A stretch of 64,000 nucleotides of DNA from Emiliania huxleyi CCMP1516 (taxonomy: Eukaryota), in NCBI RefSeq assembly GCF_000372725.1, contig NW_005202427.1:863581-927580 (forward strand), written 5' to 3'. Position numbers and translations under genes: made by a program. The first letter of the stretch is position 1; every line of letters begins with the position of its first letter. This document shows, in pieces, positions 35,867 through 47,363 of this stretch. Under the pieces are notes generated by a model that saw only the letters and a list, made by a program, of their open reading frames with translations, was not told where the DNA came from and searched no databases.

Positions 35867-36538
35867 NNNNNNNNNNNNNNNNNNNNNNNNNNNNNNNNNN
35901 NNNNNNNNNNNNNNNNNNNNNNNNNNNNNNNNNNNNNNNNNNNNNNNNNNNNNNNNNNNNNNNNNNNNNNNNNNNNNNNNNNNNNNNNNNNNNNNNNNNN
36001 NNNNNNNNNNNNNNNNNNNNNNNNNNNNNNNNNNNNNNNNNNNNNNNNNNNNNNNNNNNNNNNNNNNNNNNNNNNNNNNNNNNNNNNNNNNNNNNNNNNN
36101 NNNNNNNNNNNNNNNNNNNNNNNNNNNNNNNNNNNNNNNNNNNNNNNNNNNNNNNNNNNNNNNNNNNNNNNNNNNNNNNNNNNNNNNNNNNNNNNNNNNN
36201 NNNNNNNNNNNNNNNNNNNNNNNNNNNNNNNNNNNNNNNNNNNNNNNNNNNNNNNNNNNNNNNNNNNNNNNNNNNNNNNNNNNNNNNNNNNNNNNNNNNN
36301 NNNNNNNNNNNNNNNNNNNNNNNNNNNNNNNNNNNNNNNNNNNNNNNNNNNNNNNNNNNNNNNNNNNNNNNNNNNNNNNNNNNNNNNNNNNNNNNNNNNN
36401 NNNNNNNNNNNNNNNNNNNNNNNNNNNNNNNNNNNNNNNNNNNNNNNNNNNNNNNNNNNNNNNNNNNNNNNNNNNNNNNNNNNNNNNNNNNNNNNNNNNN
36501 NNNNNNNNNNNNNNNNNNNNNNNNNNNNNNNNNNNNNN
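35867..36538. other. Assembly gap
   Basis: Run of N. Confidence 1.
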
Positions 36539-36956
36539 ATTCTTGATTGCAGAACAGTGAGTGCTGAGTGATATTGGGTAAGCTGCGTTATTTTGCGTGC
36601 AGGAGCTGTTGTGCTGATCAATATTCACATGTAGACATGATATTATTTGAGTATTGGGGGGGGGGGGGCTGCGCGCCCGAGGGAGCACCGGCCTGCCCCT
36701 CCGAATCGACCCCCGCTTCAAGAGCTCGACAGTGACGCGTCGACCCGCGCGGCTCCAAGCGCTGCGCACAGCGGCGGGGGCTCGGAGGCCGTGCCGGCTT
36801 GCCACACCCGAGCAGGAGTGCGAGCAGCGCAGCGCGTGTCCGGAGGGCGAGGAGCGCAGCGCGTGCCAGGAGGGCGAGCAGCGCAGCGCGTGCCAGGAGG
36901 GCGAGCAAAGCGTGTCCGGAGTGCGAGGAGCGTGCCGAACTGGCCAGCAGCGCGTG

Positions 36957-38753
36957 TCAGGAGTGCGAGGTCTCGAGGCAATCGACCGTGCGGGGCAGCC
37001 GCACGCGCAGTCTCCGCACCCGCTCTGCCCAGTCCGCCGGCGGTGAAGCGTGCGAGAGCGCCACGACGCCGTCGGCCACGCGCGCACGTAAGTTTGTCTC
37101 GTTGAGCCAGTCGGTGCCTGTCACATGCAGGAGCAATAGCTTTCCCGCGCCGATGCCTCAGAGCGGGCGGCGAGGGCCGTCCCCGTCGGGAGGGGGCTGT
37201 CACGCCCGCGATCTCGCTCGCTGGAGGGTTGTGGGGGTTGTGTTTCGCCTCTTGTTTCGCCTCTCTCTGGCCATCAAGCAATGCTGTCTGTCTGAGTCTG
37301 TCAGGTCTCGACGCGCCAAGCGCCTGGCTCGTGCGCGCCGCCGACGCCATAGCCGGTGTCTGCGATGACGCCTCGGCCGCCCGCGATCCGGGAGAGGCCG
37401 CGCCTGCCGCGAGTTCTCTTTTCTGACGTCTCTGGGCGTCGTGCCGTCTTTGGGTGTCGTGGCCGCGCGTCGCGACCTGTGCGCCCAGCAATCCCCCGGG
37501 GGCCCAGTGATGCGACCGGTGACAGCGTGCCTCGTGTCGGCTCCCGAGCCAATCGTGCGCAGCGAGTGTGTGTGCGTGTGGGGCCCGTCCTCCATGCTCC
37601 GAGGTGTGTACCGCTGACTGGCTGACTGACTGAGTCGCGGCTATAGGCCGCGCGCCAGGTGGCAAAGTTGTGCGGGTCGAGTCGCACCCGAGTCGAGTGC
37701 GCGGCGGTGCGGCCACCGGACGTGTGCAAGAAGGCGATCGGGCACGCGTCGAGGAAGGGCGAGAGCCAGCCCTCCTGGTCCGGCAGCCACGGGGAGACGT
37801 CGAGCGAGAGGCGTGCGCGCGGCAGCGCCTCTCGTACCTAGACGGGGAATGTGAACTCACTGACCTCACGTTGGGCCCGCAAACCACCGCTGCACTCACT
37901 GCACAAGTCACTGCATTTGCATTCACTTGCATTCTGCACTGCATTCCCCCCCCCCCCCCCCTTCCCCCCTTTGCATTCCCCCTCTAGGCTCGCGTACCCT
38001 CGCGCCGATCCGGCAGAACAGCGCCACCAGCTCGCTCTGCTGCATCCCTCCGCCGCGCTGCGTCGCCGAGGCGTACTGCGCCAGGTCGGGCTCGACCAGC
38101 CAGACCGGAGAGGCGTCGGCGCCGAGCCGCTCCGCCGTCGCGTTGGCGTAGTGCGAGTACAGCTCCAGGATCTCGCCTTGCCGACGACGCACAAAGGCGG
38201 CGCCGCGCTCGCAGAGCGACCCGACGCCTCCGCCGCCTCCGCCGCCGCCGCCGCCTCCGCCGCCGCCGCCTCCTCCGCCGACGCGGGCCGCCGCCGCGGC
38301 GACGTCGCAGTCGAGCAGCCCGTCGGAGTGTCGCGCGAGGCCGGCGGCGAGGTAGGCGTACAGCAGAACCGTCTGCGAGCGGGCGCGCGCGTGCTCGAGC
38401 GCCCGGCCGTGCGACCGGTCGTTGAAGCGGACGCCGTGCCGCCTCGACGGCGGCCCGATCCACAGCGTGACATAGTCCGCGGCAGCGGCGGCGCTGGGCC
38501 AGGCGGCGCCGAACTTGAACGCGCAGCCGCTCCGGCGAGGAGGAAGCCGTGCGCGCGCGTGGTGCCGGGACGGCGCTCCTTTGCCGCACACGCAGCAGTG
38601 CTCTCCCGGCGACCCAAACTGCAGAGACGCTGCCCAGCCGTTTACGACCCGGCCGCTGGCGCAGTGGCCCTCGCGCTCGTAGGCCGCGCAGGTGCCGCCG
38701 AACTTGTTCGCCCAGCCCGGCGAGTCGGCGCAGCCCTGACGAGCGACCATCAT
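36957..38753 (-). CDS. Cys-rich module + uncharacterised glycoside-hydrolase-like (distantly GH6-like) domain, multi-exon
   Basis: CADSPGW...CCVCG, then LYAYL..GLLDCDV..LC..GAAFVR..WLVEPDLAQY / LPRARLSLDVSPW..FLHTSGG / VIADTGYGVGG / WLNETNLRARVADGV...SHS* (TGA at 36957). Start is uncertain. Confidence 0.62.
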
Positions 38754-39546
38754 GCTGCAGCAGCGTCCCACACAGCCTGTCTCTCGCGACGAGGGCTCGG
38801 GCCAGCCACCAGGGTTTAGGGCGGACTCGCGAGGAGCGCCGAGGCCACGCACGGGCGAGGCGGCCCGCGGTGTGAGGGAAGGGAAGAATTTTAATGTGGA
38901 CACGCTGGTGCTGTCCTCAGGACCGCGTCATCGCGGGTGTGCAAGGATGTGGCATCCAGCTCTTCTTGAGCCTCTCCGCTCTCGCTCGTTAAGCTGCGGT
39001 ATACTCGAGGCGGCCGCGGGCATGTGTCACGAGAAATCGTCGTGCACTCTTTCACACCAGCTCGCACGCCTCTCCCACGTCCTCCCCTCCCTCCCCTGGC
39101 TTTTGTGTTTTCTTTCTTCTTCTTTTTTCGCCTCTCCCACGTGGTGTGTGGCTCCTCTGTGTGCGCGAGCAGGGACACAGCGACTCCGTACACTGGCGAT
39201 TCATGAGTGATCAGGTTTGTGTATGGCATAATTCCAGTACTTCGGGGGCCGGGGGGGTGAGCTACCCACACACATCAGTTTTACTCGCTGATTCAGCACC
39301 ACTCCGAGACACCCACTCCCGGCCGCCGCCGCCAGCGCCGCTACCGAGAAGTTCGGTTGGGACGGTCCGCCGTGCCGTTAAATCGCCGTTATCGAATGCC
39401 TTGGGCTTCGCTTGGCCGTCTTGAGCGACACCACGTCCTGTTCCACCCATCCATGGTCGCCCCAGCTCTTCTTTCTTCTCCGCATGCATGCACTGACTGA
39501 CTGACTGCAAACGTCCGGGTAGTCCACCTCGGCGTCACAGCGACGA

Positions 39547-39756
39547 ATGCGGCACCGGCGACGCCTAGAGCTCGTTGCGGCGGCCGCGACCAAGCTGCTT
39601 GGCGTGGATCCGACGCAGTCGATCGACGTCAGCAAAGCAAAGCTGTTCCTTTCCGGAGGCGACACCGTGGATGTTGCGGACCTCGCCGCCGACGATACCG
39701 TCTACATAGCGTTCAGGCAGCTCCGCCTCCGCCCGGGGCTCTCGCCTCTGCCGTGA
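39547..39756 (+). pseudogene. Isolated KHA/doublecortin-like ubiquitin-fold fragment
   Basis: LVAAAATKLLG..AKLFLSGGDTVDVADLAADDTVYIAF. Confidence 0.3.
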
Positions 39757-39987
39757 GGGGGGGCCACCCCCCACCCTCTGAGGTCAAAGCCCTCTGTGCC
39801 GCGCCAAGACGGACCATCAGCCAGGGACCCTCTGAGGCCAAAAGCAGCCAAGAGAGGCCATAGAGGCGGCACAGAGTCAGAGTCAAACCCTCTGTGCCGC
39901 CAAGGCAGGGGTCCGACCCGTCCTCAGAGGGGGGTCTGAGGCCTCAGAGAGTGTACAGCCCCCCAGTGGCTCGACACAGGTGGGACA

Positions 39988-40130
39988 GAAAGAAAGAAAA
40001 CAGGATCGAGGGAGGGATAGGAGGACGGCACGCCGCCACCACACAGGGACTTTAAGGAGAGGAGTGTGGTGCTAGCCGTCGCCCACCCTTGGGCGTCTGC
40101 CTCTTTCCCTATCGCTCTCTGCAGTCTCTC
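39988..40130 (-). mobile_element. 5'-truncated retroposon copy (stem-loop + (TTTC)n tail family)
   Basis: Homologous to 40252-40400 and shares the ORF end GRRPRVGDG*. Confidence 0.7.
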
Positions 40131-40251
40131 TCGGGCGCCTCACGAGCGTGCGGCCGTGTTTTTCTTGGTTTTCCGCGATGTAGGCACCACTCCCTGGCGA
40201 GTACAGACCACGCCTCACTTTTTCACAGGGGGGATCCGTCTGGAAAAAGGA

Positions 40252-40825
40252 AAAAGAAAGAAAGAAAACAGGCAACCCAAGGGAGGGATGGGAGGACGGT
40301 ACGCCGCCACCACACAGGGATTTTAGGGGAGAAGTGTGGTGTTAGCCGTCGCCCACCCTCGGGCGTCTACCACTTCCTATCTCTCTCCGCAGTTTATCAC
40401 CAATTCTTGCAGCGACCTTCATGCCACCTCGCATTCTTCTCACTCTCGTCGTTCTCTCTCCTGCTGTCTCTTCCCCTGACTCATCGCTCTCCTCGGCCTC
40501 GTTCTGAGACGCCGCTGTCGTCTGCCGATCTCTTGCTCTCGCTGCTTCTCTCGCCTTTCTGCGTAACTCCGCTCTCCTCTCCGCGTATTTTGGTCCCTCG
40601 AGTTTATCGAGCATTCCTCGCGCAAGGACCACATTTCTGACTCCCACTGCGAGCATATCCCGCCCTGTCATGTCGTTGCTCAGGTCCACTCTCGTTTCGA
40701 GCACTTGTACCTCAATGGTCGGTGTTGGCACTGGGGTTCCCTTCGGGTATATTGTGACAGCTGATGGCGGGATTTCCACTTTTGTTTCGTCCTCCTCGGG
40801 GTCGTCTTCCCCGGCTTCCTTGCGT
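40252..40825 (-). mobile_element. 5'-truncated non-LTR retroposon with 13-bp TSD; carries an ORF C-terminus ending at 40342
   Basis: TCTGGAAAAAGGA at 40239-40251 and 40826-40838; lower GC; open frame to TAA 40342; 3' stem-loop and (TTTC)n tail. Confidence 0.8.
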
Positions 40826-41901
40826 TCTGGAAAAAGGAGGCGTGTGACAAGTGGAGGGTTGGATCGCCGTCTTTCGGCGAGGATGGGTGTTGGAGCCCTC
40901 TTTGCTCAACATGCGGCCTGCTCTGCCGCCTCAACGAGACCGCCGCGCGCGCGCGCGCTCGGCATGCCTGCTGCTCGCCTGCCGACCTGGCCAGGCCGCG
41001 CGTGGCTGGCGCCAGCTCGTCATCGCAGCGGAGCACCGGAGGCGCGGTTTGCCCGCTGCTGGCTCTCGCCCCGCCGGCGGTTCCACGTGAGTCTATCACA
41101 CTCTGGAGCCGAAACCAGCCGGAAATGTGCCTCCTCACAGCTCCTCATGGATCTGCGAAGAGAACCGTCTCCTCCAAGTAGCTCCACAGCCGGTCCGGCT
41201 CGCCCCTCGGGGGCTTCGTTCAAGCGTGCTGTGTGAGTGTTGAGGTGATACGAGCGCGCGTGGGCGCGGCGCGAGTGCCGTTTTGGGTCTCTTTTATACC
41301 AGTGATGAAATATAAACCGACTTTACCACGCGCGCGCACGCGCGCCGCGCTCCTCGACTCTCTCGCACCCGCCCCGAGCCACGCCCCTCACGAGATAGGC
41401 GGCTGCGACCCTGAGAGTGCGCAGCGGTGCCGCTGGCGTGCTCACCACACCCACCCATCATGCCTGCATCATTCCTGCACGCACTGCCCGGTCTGGCCGG
41501 GGCGTGGGGCGAGATCTGGCATGGCGGCGCGCTTGAATTGAGCGCCTTTGATCGTCTCGCGGCGACTGCTCGCAGGCCGGGCGGCCAGAAACTGTGCCGC
41601 TCAGCCATCCGCCGAAGCGAGCGCGCCGGCGGCGGTCCGCCGCCGGCGCGCTCGGCTCAGTGTCTTCAAGCCCGCCGCCGGTGGGGAGCTCCGCATGCCG
41701 CACGCCTGCTTTTCGCTGCGCATGCTCGAGCCCCCGGCGAGGGCTTGTGCTGTGAATAGCAGGCGTGGTCTGTACTCGCCAGCACCACTCCCCTGTGCAA
41801 CAAGAAAATCCGACGTCAGCGCAGGTTTTCTTGGTTTTCCGGCGACCTGGCTCACGTGTGTGTGCGCAGGGCAGAGAAGCAACAGCCTTCCAATACACTC
41901 G

Positions 41902-44900
41902 ATGCAGTCGAACCGGCCGCCTCCGCCGCGCCCCCAGGGCGGCCGCGGCGCGCCGGGGCCCCAGGGCGGCCGCGGCGGCCAGGGCGGCCGCGGCGGGCCG
42001 CGGATGATGCAGATGGGTGAGCGGCGCCTCTGTGCATCGCCGCGCCAGAGATGCTGTGCAGACGGCCCTGACCGTCCGTGTCTCCCTCGCCCGCAGGCGG
42101 CAGCCCGATGGGACCGCGCGGGGCGATGGGTCCTGGTGCGCGAGCGCGCTTCCGCGACGCGCTGCCCAGGCGGCCTGGTGCTGAGCGGCCCCTCGCCCTT
42201 CTGCCGCAGGGATGGCAGGGATGCCGATGGTGTACGGCGGCATGCCGCCCGCCGGCGGACCGCAGGTGCAGTCCGCCCGCTGCGCCGCGGACCACCCTCG
42301 CGGCTGGTCGGCGCTGGCTGACTCGCGCCGCCCCGCCGCAGATGAGCCTGGTGCGAGTGCCGGCCAACCTGTCGCCCGAGCAGCAGCAGCAGTGGCAGCA
42401 GCAGATGATGCAGCAGCAGCAGATGCAGATGATGGGGATGATGCTGCCGACGAGCGGATACGTGCGTGCGCGCACGCGCGCGCGCCTCTGCCCACCGCGC
42501 CGCCGCCGCACCGCACGCTCCGAGGGCGTCCCAACACACCGCTCACCTCGCCGCCGCCTCCCGCTGTCAGGGCACGATGCGGCCGGGCCCATCGATGCGC
42601 GGCGGAGGCATGCAGGGAGCGTACATGCCGATGGGGGGGCAGCAGGCGGCGGCCTACGGGCAGCCGACCAACATGTACTCAGCGCCGGGCCAGGCCGCGG
42701 GCAGCGTGCGGCCGATGCCGCCCCGCTCGGGTGCGCCCATGAGCGGCGGGGTCGTCCCGGTCGGCGGCAGCTTCCAGCCGAGTGCGGGCGCGCCCGCGCC
42801 GCCAAAGAAGCCCGCTTCGCGCGCGATCGCGATCGTCAACCCGGAGACGAACGAGGAGGTGGTAGTGCCCAAGAAGGCTGAGCCGCCGCCCGAGGCGCCG
42901 CCGCCCGAGGCGCCGCCCGCCGACAGCGCTCCGCAGCCAGACGCATCGCCGCCGCTGACGGCTCCGCCCGCCGCCGACGAGCCGCCCGCCTCGCAGCTGT
43001 CGCCGCCGCCGCGGCCGCCCGGCCCGCCGCCGCCGCCGCTCGAGCCGGTGGCCGCCGCGGCGGAGCCCGCGCCCGCCGAGCCGGAGCCGCCCGCGCCCGC
43101 CGAGCAGCCCGAGGCTCCCGCCACGGCAGCTCCCGCTGCCGAGCCGCCCGCCGCGCCCGCCGCCGCGGCGGAGCCAGAGGCGCCGGCGCCGGCGCCGGCG
43201 CCCGCGACGCCCGCGGCGCCGGCGGCGCCGGCGCCGGCGGCCGAGGCGGGCGGCGCCGCGGACGGCGACCACAACGACGATTGGGAGACCAAGGACGACT
43301 CGGCCCTCATCATCGAGGAGTCGCCGCGCGAGAAGCCAAAGGCTCCTGCGGCGGGCGGCCTGTCGCTGCGGCCGGGCGGGGCGGGCGCCTTCGCCTCGAC
43401 GGGCAAGGTTGCGGTGGGCGGGAAGAAGGTGTACGCGCGCGACTTCCTCATGTCGCTGCAGCCGCACTACACCGAGCGGCCCGCGACGCTCACGATGGAG
43501 TTCGAGGTGGTGGTCGACGGCGCAGCCGCGCCCGCAAAGGGGCGCGGCGGGGGCGCAGAGTGGGAGCGGGTCGGGGGGAGGGGCGGCCGCGGGGGCAAGG
43601 GCGGGCCTCCCGGGCTCAACGGCGGCGGCGGCTTCAGCGACCCGCGCGACCCGCGCAACAACCAGTTCCAAAAGGGCGGCAAGGGCGGGCGCGACAAGGG
43701 CGGAGGCAAGGGGGGGCAGCGCTTCATGCCAATGTCCGAGGTCAAGCCGCTGGAGAAGACGGAGAACGCGTACGTGGCGGCGACGATCGCGAAGAAGGAC
43801 GTGGACGCGGGCGAGAAGCTGCTGCGCGACTGCAAGTCCATCCTCAACAAGCTCGCCCCCGAGAAGTTCGACAAGCTCGCCGGCCAGTTCCTCGAGCTGC
43901 CCGTCGAGTCGCGCGCCGACATGGTCGGCATCATCGACCACGTCTTCGACAAGGCGCTCGCCGAGCCGGTGTTCGGCACGATGTACTCGACGCTCTGCGC
44001 GCGCTGCTCCGAGTCCTTCCCCGAGTTCCACGACGCGGACAACCCGGGCGGCAAGCCCGTCACCTTCAAGGTGCCTTCCGAGCACACCACCTCCACCCGT
44101 CGCGTCGCCACACGTCGCCAGAATCTGCAAGAGTCCCGCGAGCCCCCAACCACCACCACCACCACCACCACCACCACCACCACCTGGCGCGCGCTCTCTC
44201 GCCGCCTCTGCCGCCGCTGCCACCCTCGGCCTAGCCTGTGCCCCGCCCGCCCATCACCCACCCTCCTATCGTCGCCCCCTGGCAGCGGCTGCTGCTCAAC
44301 AAGTGCCAGGAGGAGTTTGAGAAGGAGAATGTGGTCAAGACCCAGCTGGAGGCGCTGGGCGAGGACACGCCCAAGGAGGAGAAGGAGCTGATCCGCATGC
44401 GCGCGAAGAAGCGGATGCTCGGCAACATCCGCTTCATCGGCGAGCTCTACAAGCAGAAGATGCTCACCGAGAAGATCATGCACGAGTGCCTCATCAAGCT
44501 GCTCGGCGACATCGAGAAGCCCGACGAGGCGCGCGCCGCCCGCCGCCCGCCGCCGCCCGCCGCACGCGCCCGAGCGGAGGGCACACACCGCACGGCACGG
44601 CGCGGCGACGGCACGGCCCTCGCCGTCGCGCGCCGCTCCCCCGCCCCGTTGCGCCGCCGCTTGCGTCCACCGCCCCGCCCCGCTCTTGCGCGCAGGACGA
44701 GGTCGAGTGCCTGTGCAAGCTGATGACGACCATCGGCTCGCTCATCGACCACGCGCGCGCAAAGTCGCACCTGGACGAGTACTTCACGCGCATGAAGTCG
44801 ATGGCGAACAACGAGAAGCTCGTCATCCGCATGCGCTTCATGCTGCAGGAGGTGATAGACCTCCGGCGCGGCGGCTGGAAGCAGCGAGTGGCGGACCCGG

Positions 44901-47087
44901 CCGTCAAAATGCAGCAGCAGCAGCAGGCGCAGATGGGCAAGGGGGGCAAGGGCAAGGGGGGCGGCCCGCCCAGTCGCGGCGCGCCGCCGCCCGCGCGGGG
45001 CGCCGGGCCGCCCGGGCGCGGCGGCGCGGGACCGTCCGCGCCGCCGGCCGCGCCGGCCGCGCCGGCGCCGCTGAGCAAGGAGAAGGTTGCGGCCCGGCTC
45101 GAGACGGAGCTGGAGGAGTACTTCAACCTGGGGCAGGTGGAGGAGCTGCTGCTGAACCTCAAGGAGCTGCGCGAGAAGGCGCCCGAGACACCGCGCCAGA
45201 GACACCGCGCCCGAGACGAGCGGGCACACTGACCCCCCCCCGCCCCCTTTACCCCCCCCCCTTTCCCGACCCGCCCACAGGCGCGGCTGCCGAAGGGCGA
45301 GCCGTCGCTCGGTTTCCTCTTCCTGAAGGAGGGGATCGCGAAGGCGATCGAGGCGAAGGACGCCGCGCGCGTGCGCGAGTGCATGGCCAAGTCCATCGGC
45401 CCGCTGCACCGCGAGAAGCTGCTGGCGCCTGCGGAGGTGCGGAAGTACTTCACCGACATGCTCGAGTTCATCGAGGACGAAGCGATCGACGTGCCGTCGA
45501 TCGGTGCCATCTTCGCAAACTACATCGCGGCGGCCATCGCCGACGATGTGCTGCCGCTCGGCTTCCTCGCCACGGCCTTCAACCACCTCGCCGACTCCCA
45601 TGTCTCCACGCTCAAACAGTCTGCGATGCTCGGCGCGCCAGAGTAGTAGTAGTAGTAGTAGTAGTAGTAGATGCTCGGCGCGTGGCCAGACCGCCGCGCG
45701 CGGGCGGGCGCGGAGCCCTCTCCTGCAGCCTTTAGCCCTGCCGGAGCCGTCGCGTAGGCGCGACGCTCGCCAAGCTGTGCGAGCGAGCGGGCGCCGAGCG
45801 CGGCCGCGCCCTCTACGCCGAGGCCAAGGACTTTGACCTCGCGGCGCTCGCCGGCGGCAGCGAGGCGCGCGCGACACCGGACACTCTCAGGGTTGGGCTC
45901 CATCTCCGAGCCTCCGCCGAGGCACTGCCGCGACGCGCCCTGGTCTTTCCGCTCGCCCTGCACGCCGCCCACGACACACGCGCAGAGGCACGTCCACGAC
46001 GCGTTCGCGGCGCGTGTCCACGACGTGTCCACGACGTGTCCCTCAGGCTGCGGTCGAGCTGCTCGAGGGGGCGGGCGTCGCCGCGCTGGACCCGGCGCTC
46101 ACGCAGCAAGTGACGGCCGACAAGGAGGCGGCGTCGCTGGCGGCGGAGGCGGCGACGCGCGAGGCGCTGTGCGCGCGGGTCGACACGTACGTAGACGAGC
46201 GGCTGGCGTCGGAGGGCGCCTTTGCGGCCTTGGATAAGCCCAAGGAGGGGGAGAAGCCAGAGGCGCCCGCGACGGCTGTGGCGGCGGGGCTCTGGGTGGG
46301 GAACGAGCTCGTGGGGTCGGGCTTGGCCAACGATTTGCAAACGCGCAAGCAGCTAATGCGCGCCATGATGCGCAAAATGCTCACGTACGCGCCGCGGACT
46401 GCAGAGGGGCAACCGTGCCCCAAGACTATCGAGCGGGGGCTGAAGCGGCGCGGGCTCCCCTATCTCCCCCCTATCTCCCAATCTCCCCAATCTCTCCCCA
46501 ATCTCCCCCGTATCTCCCCCGTATCTCCCCCGTATCTCCCCCCCTGAAGCGGCGCGTGCGAGCACGCGCCGGCCCATCTCGCGGCCGCCAGCCCCGCCGC
46601 TCAGCCCGCTCGGGGCCCTGCTGCAGGTGGACGTCGATGATCCAGGTCGTCTCGCGGCCCGACAGCGAGCAGCCGCTCGACGCACAGGCTGCGGCGCACG
46701 CGCTCTTTGAGGTGCAGGGCTTTTGCAGCGAGCACGGCTTCCCGGAGGGGCTGCTCAAGAAAATCTACTACGCGCTCTACGACGCCGACGTCATAAACGA
46801 ATCCGCCTTCGCGATCTGGAAGGCGCGGGAAAGCGCCGTCCTTCTCACTGTTGCACACGGGGGCCACCCACTCACTCCCTGCTCTCCTTGAGCCGTGCAT
46901 TTGGCTCACTCTCGACCCGTCCGCTCGCTTCTGCTCACCCCGAGCCGTCTGCTCGCTTCTCTCGCAGGACACCGACCCCGACGCGGAGCCGACGCCGAAC
47001 AAGCTCAAGGCCCTGGTCCAGGCCAACGAGTTTCTCACCTGGCTCGACTCGGCCACCCAGGAGTCGGGGCCGAGCGACGACGACTGA
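41902..47087 (+). CDS. EIF4G: Translation initiation factor eIF4G (eIF4E-binding motif, MIF4G, MA3, W2)
   Basis: YARDFLM (YxxxxL-phi). MIF4G: KSILNKLAPEKFDKL, RLLLNKCQEEFE, LGNIRFIGELYK, RMRFMLQEVIDLR. MA3: LEEYF..AIDVP. W2: LYDADVINESAFAIWK and FLTWLDSATQES. Stop at 47085-47087. Confidence 0.95.
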
Positions 47088-47363
47088 GCGGCTCCGTGCC
47101 TGGGCAGGCAGGGACGGGGCCGCTCTCTCGGCAGCGGAGTGGACGCCACACACGCGGCCAGACACGCCAGGCTCAACGGTGCGAGGGCCGAGCTCTGCCC
47201 GCGCCAGGCGTCGCGCCGCCCTCAACAGCCAGGGGGCCCGCCCGCCCGCCCTAGCATGAAGCCGCCGTCACAGGTCGATTAAAAAGCGGGGTGCCGCTTG
47301 TCGTTTTATTTTACCACAGCAAAGAGATCAGTTTACACGTTCTCGTGCCTTAGGGCACCGCAC

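Noticed and set aside
36805..36970. Cys-containing repeats (EQRSACQEG) suggesting a zinc-finger protein
   Set aside because: Frame shifts between units, no start, and it lies in the 3' flank of the minus-strand gene; treated as a short tandem repeat.
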